Notes: generated by a model not told the origin, from the letters alone. 64,000 nucleotides of DNA from Candidatus Liptonbacteria bacterium (GCA_016204335.1 JACQKU010000011.1:541-64540); one strand, 5' to 3'; counted from the first letter of the stretch, positions 30,587-41,078 are shown. Numbers and translations: made by a program.

Positions 30587-31357
30587 TTATTTAAAATATC
30601 TTACGCCGTTTTTGAAAATCTCCAAGCCGGTAGCATATTGAGGCAATTTCACGCCTTCTCGCCCCATTTTTTCTTTAAAATATTGCCAATGCGGCAGTTG
30701 CGTGAAAAACATCGCGCGCTCCGGATGCGGCATCATGCCGAGAATCCTGCCTTCTTTCGCGGTTATCGCGGCGATATTTTTTAAGGCGCCGTTCGGATTC
30801 GGCGGCAAATCCTGATATTCGCACATTTCGCCTTTTACATATGTAGCCGCGACCGAGTTGTTCTTCTTGAGCGACGCGAGGATTTTTTCGTCCGCGAAGT
30901 ATCTGCCCTCACCGTGGGCAATTGGAGCGGAAAGCGTCCTGATGCCTTGCGTCCACGGACTTTCGCCAGCCATTTTCAAATCAACCCATCTGTTTGTGTA
31001 GCGCGCGGATGTATTCGGCAGAAGCGCACCCGGCAAAAATCCGAGATTGGTTAAAATCTGGAATCCGTTGCATATTCCGACTACGAGCCGGTCCTGATTT
31101 ATAAACTCATCGAGTTCTGCTTTGAGATGATTTTTCAGTTTATTGGCATACGCTTTTCCCGAGCCCGTATCGTCTCCATACGAAAATCCTCCGGGAATCG
31201 AGAGAATCTGGTATTTTTTCAATCTGCTTTTTTCCGCCGCAAGGTCGTTTATGTGAACGATGTCCGCTTTCGCGCCCGCCAGTTCAAACGCGAACTTCGT
31301 TTCTTCTTCGCAGTTGAGGCCGTAGCCGGATAGAACGATTACGCGAGGAATAAGCAT
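30587..31357 (-). CDS. purQ: FGAM synthase glutaminase subunit
   Basis: GLNCEEE, PGGFSYGD, GICNGFQ, AHGEG and MMPHPER. Confidence 0.96.
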   Translation of the reverse strand: MLIPRVIVLSGYGLNCEEETKFAFELAGAKADIVHINDLAAEKSRLKKYQILSIPGGFSYGDDTGSGKAYANKLKNHLKAELDEFINQDRLVVGICNGFQILTNLGFLPGALLPNTSARYTNRWVDLKMAGESPWTQGIRTLSAPIAHGEGRYFADEKILASLKKNNSVAATYVKGEMCEYQDLPPNPNGALKNIAAITAKEGRILGMMPHPERAMFFTQLPHWQYFKEKMGREGVKLPQYATGLEIFKNGVRYFK

Positions 31358-31386
31358 GGTATTAAATAATTGAGTTATTAAGTAAT

Positions 31387-34300
31387 TTAGTAATTCGCAA
31401 ATGTTGATTTGTATGCGGCAAGAATTTCGGGAAGCGGCAGTTTCATATTTTTCTTTTTCCTTCGTATCACGATTTTTTCCTGTTTCACGACCGAGCCGAT
31501 TTTCGCAAAGCTCGTTCCGGTCATTAATTTCTCGAATTTCCGCATATTTTCCGGCGCGACTGTCGCGATAATTCTCCCCTGGCTCTCGGAAAAAAGAGCC
31601 GTAGTGTCATTCGAAAATTTTCCGGGCAGTTTTTTGAGCGATACATCAAACCCGAGTTTTCCTCCCATCGCGGTCTTGCACAACGCGACCGCCAACCCTC
31701 CTTTCGAAACACTGATTGCGGAAGCGACAATCCCTTCGCGGACGCATTTCGAAAACGCCCGATAGAGTTTTCTGTTTTTCGCCGCATCCACGCACGGCAC
31801 CAAACTGTCGCAAAACGACATTCTAACATTCTGCAGAATATTAGAATGTTTTTTGTCGTCTATAAGTGATGCATATTCACTTCCTGCCATCTCGTCGTAC
31901 GTATTACCGAGCGCGTACACCAAATCGCCCGGGCATTTTGCGTCGAGCGATACCGTTTTTTCGGCGTCAGGCACCACGCCGATAGCGGAAATAAGGAGCG
32001 TCGGCGGCACTGAAATTTTTACCGGCTTGCCATCTTCGTCATATCCTTTGAAATCGTTGAACATCGAATCCTTGCCGGAAATGAACGGCGTTTCATAAGC
32101 GACCGCATAGTCGTAACATGCCTGCGCGGCGCGCTTGAGCTGATATAGCCGCTCCGGCTCGTTCGAACTGCACCAGCAAAAATTGTCGAGAAGCGCGATA
32201 TAATCCGGGTCGGCGCCCGCCGCGACAGCGCTCCGAATCGCCGTATCAATCGCGCATGCCGCCATTTTGTACGAATCGATTTCAGAATATGAAGGAGCGG
32301 CGCCGGAAGAAAGAACAATCGCTTTTTTTGAATCCAAAAGCGGCCGCACGGCCGACGCGTCCCCGTTCACTCTGCCTTTGCCCTGGAGCGGCTTCAAAAC
32401 GGAACCTGCCTGCACTTCATGGTCGTATTGCATCGATAAAAATTCGTAACTCGCGATATTCGGGCGCGCAAGCATATTTTTGATTGCGAGCGAAAGGTCG
32501 CGCGATTCTGTTTCAGCCGCTGACATACCAACAAACTCCAGTTTATAAGGATGTGTTTCTTTGGTGGCGAGGTGGCGGCGGGGCCAGCCGTCGTGCAAAA
32601 ACCCCAAATCCAAGTCCATTATTTTCTTTCCGCGATAGTTCACCGCGCACTTTCCCGATGAAGTAAATCTGCCGATAACAGTCGCTTCCACTCCCCGCTT
32701 TTCCAATAGCGAATGAAGCGCCGCCCATTTATTTTTCGGCACGGCGAGCGTCATCCGCTCCTGCGATTCGGAAATCCATATTTGCCACGGCGCGAGTCCC
32801 GGATACTTCAACGGGACTTTATCGAGAGCGACTTCGCATCCGTTCGATTCGCGCGCCATCTCCGCCACCGAACACGAAAGGCCGCCGGCGCCGTTATCCG
32901 TGATGCTGTTATACAATTTTTTATCCCGCGCTTCTTTCACAATCGCGTCGCTCAATTTTTTCTGCGTGATTGGGTCGCCGATTTGCACCGCGGTCGCCGG
33001 GCTTCCCGAATCAATCGCCTCGGAAGAAAATGTCGCTCCGTGAATGCCGTCTTGGCCGACACGGCCTCCGACCATCACGATATAGTCGCCGGGCTTGGCT
33101 TGTTTTTTATGCGACGGTTTTCCGGCCACGGTCCGCGGAATCAAACCGACGGTTCCCGCGAACACGAGCGGTTTTCCGCGATACCTTTTGTCGAACAGCA
33201 TAAATCCCTGCGGCGTCGGAATGCCCGAGCAATTGCCGCCGACATTCACTCCTTGAATTACGCCTTCCATAATGCGCCGCGCCGAGAGAATTTTTTCCTT
33301 CCGTTCCGCGTCGCGGTAAAAAACGCTTTTGTCGCCCGTTCGACCGGGCTCAGGGCGACCCTGAGTGGAATCGAATGGGTCGCGCGGGTCGGCCCCTCGA
33401 CGCGGCTCGGGGCAAGCGAAGCAAAATCCGTAGACATTCGCCACCGGCTTCGCGCCCAAGCCAAACCCGACTGTATCGCGATTCACGCCGAGAATTCCAG
33501 TGATGGCGCCGCCGAACGGGTCAAGCATCGAAGGAGCGTTGTGCGTTTCCACTTTGTGCGTGACGAGATGCTTATCGTCGAACGCAATCGCTCCGGAGTT
33601 GTCGGTGAACACCGAAACGCAGAAATCGCGCCTGCCTTTCTTTTTGCGGATTACATTCGTCGCCGCTTTGATGTAAGAGCGGTAAATTCCGTCTTTTATT
33701 TCATCGATGGGATTCGCGAAAATCGTATGCTTGCAGTGTTCCGACCACGTCTGCGCGAGCGATTCCAGTTCTATGTCGGTCGGCTTCCGCTTTTGACCAC
33801 GGAAATATTCCCTGATTGTTTTCATACTGTCGAGGTCGAGCGCCAACGGGCCGCGGCGGCTTCCGTCCGGATTCGCTATTCCCTCTTTCCCGATGCATGT
33901 TAACTCGCTGTCGTCAACATCAAGGTTTACAGTACCGACCGACACCGACGAAACGAGCGCAACTTTCGGCGCGCTGATTCCCATGCCGCCGTCTTTTTTG
34001 AATTGTTTGAAACTTTTTATCTCCGCGCGCTGAATCAGCGGATTATACAGAGTGTCTGCGACGCGACGCGCGTCCTCTTCCGACAATTTTCCGGAAAGGA
34101 AAAAAACCTGCGAAGAATATGTTCCTTGCCCGCTTTTGAATTTTTTTCCTAAAAAATCCTCGATTGTTTCTTTCGCGGTCGAGCCGATATTGTCGGTGAC
34201 GCCCGGCAAATATCCGACTTCTATCGCCCAGTCGAATTTCGCCGGCGCCTGATTTTGATTTACGGTTGCGCGTTCCACAAGCGGATTCTCCAGAAGCCGC

Positions 34301-34467
34301 GCGACCGCCTGCAACTGCGAACTGGTAAGATTCGCGTCAATGATATACGAATCAACCAAATCCACGGATTTCACATTTCCATTGAAACCGATGCTTTCGA
34401 GATGCCGGAGTTTTACCGCGGCTCGAGTATCGGGAACTTTGTATTTTATATCGATACGGGCGGGCAT
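31387..34467 (-). CDS. purL: FGAM synthase subunit PurL with N-terminal PurS-like domains
   Basis: QTWSEHCKH, KVETHN, DNGAGG, SESQERM, QYDHEV and ISGKDS; PGVTD and NPL motifs in the N-terminus; four palindromic insertions. Confidence 0.95.
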   Translation of the reverse strand: MPARIDIKYKVPDTRAAVKLRHLESIGFNGNVKSVDLVDSYIIDANLTSSQLQAVARLLENPLVERATVNQNQAPAKFDWAIEVGYLPGVTDNIGSTAKETIEDFLGKKFKSGQGTYSSQVFFLSGKLSEEDARRVADTLYNPLIQRAEIKSFKQFKKDGGMGISAPKVALVSSVSVGTVNLDVDDSELTCIGKEGIANPDGSRRGPLALDLDSMKTIREYFRGQKRKPTDIELESLAQTWSEHCKHTIFANPIDEIKDGIYRSYIKAATNVIRKKKGRRDFCVSVFTDNSGAIAFDDKHLVTHKVETHNAPSMLDPFGGAITGILGVNRDTVGFGLGAKPVANVYGFCFACPEPRRGADPRDPFDSTQGRPEPGRTGDKSVFYRDAERKEKILSARRIMEGVIQGVNVGGNCSGIPTPQGFMLFDKRYRGKPLVFAGTVGLIPRTVAGKPSHKKQAKPGDYIVMVGGRVGQDGIHGATFSSEAIDSGSPATAVQIGDPITQKKLSDAIVKEARDKKLYNSITDNGAGGLSCSVAEMARESNGCEVALDKVPLKYPGLAPWQIWISESQERMTLAVPKNKWAALHSLLEKRGVEATVIGRFTSSGKCAVNYRGKKIMDLDLGFLHDGWPRRHLATKETHPYKLEFVGMSAAETESRDLSLAIKNMLARPNIASYEFLSMQYDHEVQAGSVLKPLQGKGRVNGDASAVRPLLDSKKAIVLSSGAAPSYSEIDSYKMAACAIDTAIRSAVAAGADPDYIALLDNFCWCSSNEPERLYQLKRAAQACYDYAVAYETPFISGKDSMFNDFKGYDEDGKPVKISVPPTLLISAIGVVPDAEKTVSLDAKCPGDLVYALGNTYDEMAGSEYASLIDDKKHSNILQNVRMSFCDSLVPCVDAAKNRKLYRAFSKCVREGIVASAISVSKGGLAVALCKTAMGGKLGFDVSLKKLPGKFSNDTTALFSESQGRIIATVAPENMRKFEKLMTGTSFAKIGSVVKQEKIVIRRKKKNMKLPLPEILAAYKSTFANY

Positions 34468-34631
34468 TTATCACAATAATACCTCAACAAAAACTTTTCT
34501 GAAAATCTATGAGTATTCGCGAATAACGCGAATGCGGGCGAAATAACGCGAATTTGCGATTACTACTTAAAAACGAAGAACCACCGCCTGGCAGTCAGTG
34601 ATTCTCGCTGATACCTGACGGTGGTTGATAC

Positions 34632-35081
34632 TTACCTTCTTGTGATACGGTACTTCTGCCTCAACACGATTATACCCCACGCCAAGCCCATAATCGCGAA
34701 AGGTAAAAAGGGTCCCAACGATACTTGAACAGGAAGCACGAACGAGCCACAAGCGACCGGGATAGCAACTGCCCACACTCGCTCGCGAAAGTTGAGACGT
34801 CGCCACGTGTCCCCAACGAACTGACAGCACGACCTGAAACCGTGGATAATGGGAATACTCAACAGGAGCAGAAAGAGCCCTGTTCCGAGCGCACTCTTGG
34901 CGATCTTCAGCCATTAGGAGAACTCGACCTCGCGCCGCGGATAGAAAACACCGTTTAAGATGTGTGCATCAAGGACAACAAGAATATACAAGAATGCACA
35001 CACTCCGACCGCCGTGAAACTGAATCCCAGGAAGAGAACTATGTTTCCGATGAGGTATCGCAGGCATCGTCCCAGTGTCAT
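34632..35081 (-). pseudogene. Hypothetical 4-TM membrane protein with an in-frame TAA at 34914-34916
   Basis: AAGGAG SD, then MTLGRCLRYLIGNIVLFLG...EFS*WLKIAKSALGTGLFLLLL...RITRR*; promoter TTGACT-17-TACAAT at 35206-35234. Confidence 0.6.
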
Positions 35082-35260
35082 CTCGTTCTCCTTGCGATGA
35101 GAGTGAAGTGCGCTTCAATCCTATGCCACGCCTTGAGACGCAATAACCAAGAAAAATTCCGGGCTATCGCGTATCAAGGTGTTTCTTTGTTAAAATTCTG
35201 CCCTTATTGTATTCATTTCACTTCGGCAAGTCAAAAACGCGCGACTCTCTTTTTAACCGC

Positions 35261-36526
35261 TTACTTAAAAAGCGTAATACAGTACGCCAACAGCAAAATA
35301 AGCGAAACGGCGAATGTTATCCATCCGATGATATTCGAGGTTTTTGAATTGACGCTGTTTTTCATAATCGCGCGGTTGTTCGCGATTTTCAAAATGATGT
35401 AGATAATCGGCGGCGTAATGAAAGTGTAAAAAACAGCGGTGTAGATAAGTAATGTCACCGGGTCAATTCGGAAAAAATTGATGAGCATTCCAAACGCCAC
35501 TGCGGAGATGATTGCGGCATAAAATCCTTTGGCTTCGTGGAATTTTTTATTCATTCCTTCGGGCAGGTTGAAAATTTCCGCGAACATATAGCCGATATTG
35601 CCGGCGAGCACCGGTATCGCAAGAAGGCCGGTTCCTATAATTCCCGCGCTGAACGCTAGATACGCGAATCCTCCGAGCAACGGCTTCAAAACTGATGATG
35701 CCTCCACGAAGGTCACGAATCCCTGAACCCCGTGTGCTTTCGCGAGCTCCGCCGAGCCGGCAATAATGAACCACATAACCGCATTCGAAAGAAACATCCC
35801 CGTGAAGGTGTCTTCTTTCAAATTTTTGAGCTCGTTCTTGGTAACAATAATTTTGCCGCGCGGCTGAACTTTTCCGCCGTTGGCGGAGATTTTTTCCATT
35901 TTTTCTTCCACCTCCTGGTTTGCCTGCCAGAAAAAAAGATACGGCGAGATGGTGGTGCCGAAAATCGCCGCTAGAATGAGAATGGAATTTTTCGACAGAA
36001 CCATATTGGGAATAAGCGTCGATTCGAGCGCGGCAAACCAGTCAATGTTGATATACAAAACCGCCAGCACATAAAAGAAAAGCGCGAGTGTCAGCCATAT
36101 AAGAACGCGCGCGAATTTCCGATAAGAAAAAAATAAGACGCCGAGAATAATAACCGCCGCAATGAGCGGCACCAAAAGAAACATGCTTACCGATATCAAC
36201 CCTTGAACGGCGACTCCGACAGCAAGAAGGTCGGCGCCGATATTTATGGTAATGACAACCGTCGAAATGAACGCAATAATAAAAAGAACGTATTTCGGAT
36301 ATCGTTCTTTGATAATTCGTATAAGCCCCTTCTCCGTCACCAAGCCGATTCTGCCGGACATTTCCTGGATTCCATACATCATCGGCAGTGTCGCGAGGGC
36401 GGTCCAAAGCGCGCCGAAACCGAGCATCGCGCCCCCTTGGAGATACGTTAAAATTCCCGATGGGTCGTCGTCGGACGCGCCGGTGGTAAATCCTGGCCCG
36501 AGCCGTTTCAAAAATTTTTTAATCAC
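35261..36526 (-). CDS. NRAMP-family divalent metal transporter
   Basis: LGPGFTTGASDDDPSG, QEMSGRIG and GTTISPYLFFWQ; GTG start overlaps the upstream small ORF stop. Confidence 0.9.
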   Translation of the reverse strand: MIKKFLKRLGPGFTTGASDDDPSGILTYLQGGAMLGFGALWTALATLPMMYGIQEMSGRIGLVTEKGLIRIIKERYPKYVLFIIAFISTVVITINIGADLLAVGVAVQGLISVSMFLLVPLIAAVIILGVLFFSYRKFARVLIWLTLALFFYVLAVLYINIDWFAALESTLIPNMVLSKNSILILAAIFGTTISPYLFFWQANQEVEEKMEKISANGGKVQPRGKIIVTKNELKNLKEDTFTGMFLSNAVMWFIIAGSAELAKAHGVQGFVTFVEASSVLKPLLGGFAYLAFSAGIIGTGLLAIPVLAGNIGYMFAEIFNLPEGMNKKFHEAKGFYAAIISAVAFGMLINFFRIDPVTLLIYTAVFYTFITPPIIYIILKIANNRAIMKNSVNSKTSNIIGWITFAVSLILLLAYCITLFK

Positions 36527-36672
36527 TCTTTTTTCTCTTGACTCTCGGCTTCGGAAAAATGTTTTATGATACTCGCCGATAAACCGCATTCGTAATGGAT
36601 TCGATTGATATTCGGCAGTTTTTCTTCGTAGAAATAAATATCGCAACTTTTGCAGTAGTAATGGGTCTTCAT
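36523..36672 (-). CDS. Small (49 aa) putative metal-binding protein coupled to the NRAMP gene
   Basis: MKTHYYCKSCDIYF...IHYECG; GTGA overlap. Confidence 0.55.
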   Translation of the reverse strand: MKTHYYCKSCDIYFYEEKLPNINRIHYECGLSASIIKHFSEAESQEKKE

Positions 36673-36774
36673 AATTGTTTGGTCTCGGATTCTGGAACGC
36701 GGGACTAAAATTGTTGCTTCAATATTAGCAAATGGGGCGATTAATAGAAATAGATTTATCAACAGGAAGAATTG

Positions 36775-36853
36775 ACCCCCGCACCTAATGAGGATAATAA
36801 TTTGAAAACGACGCGAAGCTTATTAACTCACAATCCTCATTAGGTGCGGGGGT
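36775..36853. repeat. Perfect 21-bp inverted repeat element
   Basis: ACCCCCGCACCTAATGAGGAT ... ATCCTCATTAGGTGCGGGGGT. Confidence 0.9.
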
Positions 36854-36913
36854 TGAACTATCGCCTGAAGCGAGTACAATGCATCAAAAGGCCGAATAAA
36901 TATAAAAAATAAA

Positions 36914-37462
36914 ATGACAGCACGTATAAAATTTTTCATCGTAATTGCAGTACTCGGAGCCGCCGCAATCGGTTATTTCCTGCTTCAAACTCCTTCTCAA
37001 CCACAGCCGCAATCACCAGAAGAAGGAATCGGGGTCCAAACCCCATCATCTTCATATGATGACAGCCAAACAAACCCGCAAACCGCATCTTCATCGGTAA
37101 GCGCGCCTCAACAGCCAACCCCAACCGAGAACACGTCCGTCAAGCCAAATATCGTAACAGTCGCCTACACCGACCTGGGATTTTCGCCTGCCTCCGTTTC
37201 CATCCGGAAAGGAGAAACGGTCAAATTCGTCAATCAGTCCCCGGAGCCGATGTGGGTCGCTTCCGGAGTACATCCGACGCACGAAGTGTATGGCGGAACG
37301 ACACTGGCACAACACTGTCCGGATGCCGAGAATCTGACATTCGATGAATGTAATGGCGCGCCTTCGGGCCAAAGCTGGATATTCACCTTTACAAAGAGCG
37401 GCAGTTGGGGATACCACAATCACCTCCGCGCCCGAGACAAAGGAACTGTAACAGTAGAGTAG
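36914..37462 (+). CDS. Membrane-anchored cupredoxin/plastocyanin-like protein
   Basis: GFSPASVSIRKGETVKFVN, HPTH and FTFTKSGSWGYHNH..GTVTVE. Confidence 0.8.
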   Translation: MTARIKFFIVIAVLGAAAIGYFLLQTPSQPQPQSPEEGIGVQTPSSSYDDSQTNPQTASSSVSAPQQPTPTENTSVKPNIVTVAYTDLGFSPASVSIRKGETVKFVNQSPEPMWVASGVHPTHEVYGGTTLAQHCPDAENLTFDECNGAPSGQSWIFTFTKSGSWGYHNHLRARDKGTVTVE

Positions 37463-37468
37463 AAAAAT

Positions 37469-38515
37469 ATGTCCCAAAATATTTTTCTCGCGGCAATCTT
37501 TATAGCGGTACTCGCCGGTTTTTATGTTCTATGGTCGGCTTTGCGCCGCCGCGACGAAGAAAAAAAACCGGACCAGTCCTCGCTTCTTATTCAAAATCAG
37601 CTGAACGAGCTGACGCGGACGCTTGACTTAAAACTCGGCGACGTGGGACGCGCCACGGAACATCAGTTCAGCCAGAGCGTGAAAATAGTCGGCGAAGTTA
37701 TGGAGCGGCTGACAAAACTCGACGAAACTAACAAGCAGGTCGTCAACTTCGCCGACCAGCTGAAAAATCTGCAGGATATTTTGAAAAATCCGAAACAGCG
37801 CGGCGTACTCGGCGAATATTATCTCGAAACAATCCTACGGAATATTTTCCCGCCGTCGAATTATCAGATGCAGTATCCGTTCAAAGACGGCACGATTGTA
37901 GACGCGGTCATTTTCATCGGCAACCAGGTCGTGCCGGTTGATTCAAAATTCAGTTTGGAAAATTACAACCGTTTGATAAACGAATCGGACGCTCTGGCGC
38001 GCGAACGACTCGAAAAACAATTCGTTGCTGATTTGAAAGCGCGGATTGACGAAACCGCGAAATACATCAAACCCGGAGAAGGAACCGTGAATCTCGCGTT
38101 TATGTTTATTCCGTCAGAAGCGATTTATTACGACCTTCTCATAAACCAGGTCGGAGCGACAAAATCAAACACGCGCGACTTGATTGACTACGCCTACAAC
38201 GAAAAGCACGTGATTATCGTATCTCCGACAACGTTCTCCGCGTATCTTCAGGTATTGTTCCAGGCGCTCCGCGCGTTCAAAATTCAGGAATCAACCGAGG
38301 AGATAAAAAAGGAAATCGAAAAACTGACCGGCCATCTTTCGAAATACGACGACTTTATGCTGAAAGTCGGAAAAAATCTCAGCCAGACGGTTTCAAGCTA
38401 CAACACCGCTTACAAAGAATTCTCGAAAATCGACAAAGATATTTTGAAAATCACAGGCGAATCAATCGATGTTGAGCCGCTCGTTTTGGAACGACCGCAG
38501 GAAGTTGAGAAATAA
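37469..38515 (+). CDS. rmuC: DNA recombination protein RmuC
   Basis: KQRGVLGE, VDSKF, FMFIPSEAIY and VSPTT. Confidence 0.93.
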   Translation: MSQNIFLAAIFIAVLAGFYVLWSALRRRDEEKKPDQSSLLIQNQLNELTRTLDLKLGDVGRATEHQFSQSVKIVGEVMERLTKLDETNKQVVNFADQLKNLQDILKNPKQRGVLGEYYLETILRNIFPPSNYQMQYPFKDGTIVDAVIFIGNQVVPVDSKFSLENYNRLINESDALARERLEKQFVADLKARIDETAKYIKPGEGTVNLAFMFIPSEAIYYDLLINQVGATKSNTRDLIDYAYNEKHVIIVSPTTFSAYLQVLFQALRAFKIQESTEEIKKEIEKLTGHLSKYDDFMLKVGKNLSQTVSSYNTAYKEFSKIDKDILKITGESIDVEPLVLERPQEVEK

Positions 38516-38517
38516 AC

Positions 38518-39753
38518 TTATTTCTTCTTCCTCCTTAAAAACGTCGGGATGTCCCAGATGTCGCTTTCCTTGTCTGGTTTCAAAGGCGGTTTCTTTTTTG
38601 GTTCGATGTGTTCCGGTTTGTCGCTCGCCAAGGGAGAATTTTTTTCTTTCGCGTTCGGCGAGGCGGCCGGCAAATCATCGAACTTTCCACCGCTTCCCCC
38701 GTTTCTTTCTTCAATCAGAAAACTTTCCCGCTTGGTCTGATATGTTCCGAACAGGGAATTTGCCGGAAGCATTCCGTTGATGCCCGTAGCGATGAGCGTT
38801 ATTTTAATCTGATTCGGCTTGAGGTTACGGTCGCGGTACGCGCCGAAAATTATTCTTGCTCCCGGGTCGGCCGCCTGCGCCACCAATCGCGCCGCTTCGC
38901 TGACTTCGTTCATCCCGAGGTCGCGGCCGCCCGAAATGCCGAGAAGAATGGCTTTGGCGCCTTCCGCGTTCACTTCAATAAGCGGAGAGTTGATGGACTG
39001 TTTTACCGCTTCGGTTGCCCGCTCCGGACCGCTCGCGATGCCGAGTCCGACAATCGCAGTGCCCGCGTTTTCCATAATGGACCGCACATCGGCGAAATCC
39101 AGATTGATTATCCCCGGAGCGACAATCAGTTCCACAATGCCCTGGAGCGCGCTCCGCAAAACGTCATCGATGGCTTCGAACGCTTTTAAAAGCGGGGTGT
39201 CTTTTGAAATAACGCTGAAAATCCGGTCGTTTGGAACGACAATCAGCGCATCCACTCTGTCCCGCAGCTTCGCAAGGCCTTCCTGAGAAATGCGGTCCCT
39301 TTGGCTGCCTTCGAAGCCGAACGGTCTCGTCACAAACGCAAGCGTCAACGCGCCTGCCTGCTTCGCGATTTCCGCCACGACCGGCGTGGCGCCCGTGCCG
39401 GTTCCTCCTCCGAATCCGGCGGCCAAAAAAACCAAGTCCGCTCCTTTGAGCGCCTCGGCAATTTCCGAGCGATTTTCTTCTGCCGCCTGCCGGCCGATAT
39501 CGGGGTTCATTCCGGTCCCGAGACCGCGGGTCAAATTGCGGCCGATATAGATTTTTCTGCGGACTCCGCAACGGTCCAAATCCTGATGGTCGGTGTTGAT
39601 GGCGATAAATTCCACTCCGCGGATGAAATTGCGGCTCATCCGCGATATCGCGTTGCCGCCGCCGCCGCCGATGCCGACAACTTTGATGACTATCGGCGAA
39701 TTGTCCAATTTTTCTTTCTTAATCTTAATTTTCGGATGGGACTTTTTTTTCAT
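38518..39753 (-). CDS. ftsZ: Cell division protein FtsZ
   Basis: GIGGGGGN, GGGTGTG, INLDFADV and the DIPTFLR C-terminal core. Confidence 0.97.
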   Translation of the reverse strand: MKKKSHPKIKIKKEKLDNSPIVIKVVGIGGGGGNAISRMSRNFIRGVEFIAINTDHQDLDRCGVRRKIYIGRNLTRGLGTGMNPDIGRQAAEENRSEIAEALKGADLVFLAAGFGGGTGTGATPVVAEIAKQAGALTLAFVTRPFGFEGSQRDRISQEGLAKLRDRVDALIVVPNDRIFSVISKDTPLLKAFEAIDDVLRSALQGIVELIVAPGIINLDFADVRSIMENAGTAIVGLGIASGPERATEAVKQSINSPLIEVNAEGAKAILLGISGGRDLGMNEVSEAARLVAQAADPGARIIFGAYRDRNLKPNQIKITLIATGINGMLPANSLFGTYQTKRESFLIEERNGGSGGKFDDLPAASPNAKEKNSPLASDKPEHIEPKKKPPLKPDKESDIWDIPTFLRRKKK

Positions 39754-39857
39754 GGTAGTAATCACGAATATACGAATTAACGCAAATATACGAATCGGTA
39801 TATTATCGCTACTTGTATATTATTTTTCATTTGTATATTTGCGATTACTCCATCAAC

Positions 39858-41078
39858 TTACGGAAGGAAATGGCGCAACAATTCTGTAAATTTGGAGAGT
39901 GACGCGGCTACGGGCTGTTGGCGGCGCTGGTGGTCGTATGCCCAGAGAACCAAACCGAGCGCGTTCACGAATTCCGGGTCTTCGAACACGTCTCCGAAAT
40001 CATTGCCCTCGTTCCCCCATTCCTCGCGTAGCGTCAAACCGATTTGGCTCGCGAGCTTCAACTCCTGTTTTACAAGCTCGGTCATTCCTGGCATTTTGGC
40101 GCCGCCGCCGACAAGAACCGCTCCGCCGGCGAGTTTGCCGGATTTGCCGTATGCCCGCAGTTCATTATTCACGAATTCAAAGATTTCGGCAAGTCGGGAC
40201 TCGATTATCTCGGCTACGAACCGCCGCGATACCGCGCCATGCTCCGCCGGCGAGAATTTTTCGAGGCCGACGGTTTCCCGCGAACTCACCTCTTTGGCGA
40301 GGGCATATCCGTAATGAAGTTTCAAATTCTCGGCGGCGGCAACCGGAATCTTGAGCCCGACAGCCAAATCATTCGTGATATTGCCTGCGCCGAAAGGAAT
40401 AATGCCCGTGCCGACAAGTTTATTTTCCTCGAAAACGGAAAAGCCGGTGGTGCCCGCTCCGATATCGATTAACACGACACCCAATTCTTTTTGCGTCTTA
40501 CTCAATGCCGCGCGGCCCGCTATCAAAGGATTCAGCACCAAACCGCCGATTCTGCCGCCGGCGACTTCAACGGCTTTCATAACGCTTTTCACGTGCGGAG
40601 CAAACGCGTCAATAACGAGGCAATTCACTTCAAGACGATTTCCGCTCAATCCGAGCGGGTCGTTGATGTCACTGACCCCGTCAACAATATATTCCCGGGT
40701 GACATTGTGGATAATCATTCGGTTCGGAGCAAGATTGACGGCCTGGCTCGCCCTGATGACTTTTTCGATATCATCGCGGTAAATTTCGCTGTCGGCTCTC
40801 GAGACGGCGACTATGCCCCGCGAATTTTGCGCTTTGACTTGCGGGCTTCCGATATTGACGTAAATCGTCTTAATGGCCGATTTGTGGTTCTTTTTCACCT
40901 CGCCAAGAAGCCTCCCTATTGCAGGTGAAACCTCTCCTATTTCAATGACCGCGCCTCTTCTCAATCCCACCGAGGGCTCTTTAAACACCGCGCGGAGAAC
41001 AGGCCGGTTGTTCCGAACCTCTGCAACCGCGGCTTTTATCATCGAAGTTCCGATGTCGAGGCCGACGATGTAGTTCAT
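39858..41078 (-). CDS. ftsA: Cell division protein FtsA
   Basis: GLDIGTS, IDIGAGTT, AENLK and GGGAKMPG; upstream of ftsZ. Confidence 0.95.
   Translation of the reverse strand: MNYIVGLDIGTSMIKAAVAEVRNNRPVLRAVFKEPSVGLRRGAVIEIGEVSPAIGRLLGEVKKNHKSAIKTIYVNIGSPQVKAQNSRGIVAVSRADSEIYRDDIEKVIRASQAVNLAPNRMIIHNVTREYIVDGVSDINDPLGLSGNRLEVNCLVIDAFAPHVKSVMKAVEVAGGRIGGLVLNPLIAGRAALSKTQKELGVVLIDIGAGTTGFSVFEENKLVGTGIIPFGAGNITNDLAVGLKIPVAAAENLKLHYGYALAKEVSSRETVGLEKFSPAEHGAVSRRFVAEIIESRLAEIFEFVNNELRAYGKSGKLAGGAVLVGGGAKMPGMTELVKQELKLASQIGLTLREEWGNEGNDFGDVFEDPEFVNALGLVLWAYDHQRRQQPVAASLSKFTELLRHFLP

Noticed and set aside
34564-35271. TACTTAAAAA direct repeat flanking the membrane pseudogene as an NRAMP 3'-end echo
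   Set aside because: Only about 10 AT-rich bases match, which is compatible with chance.
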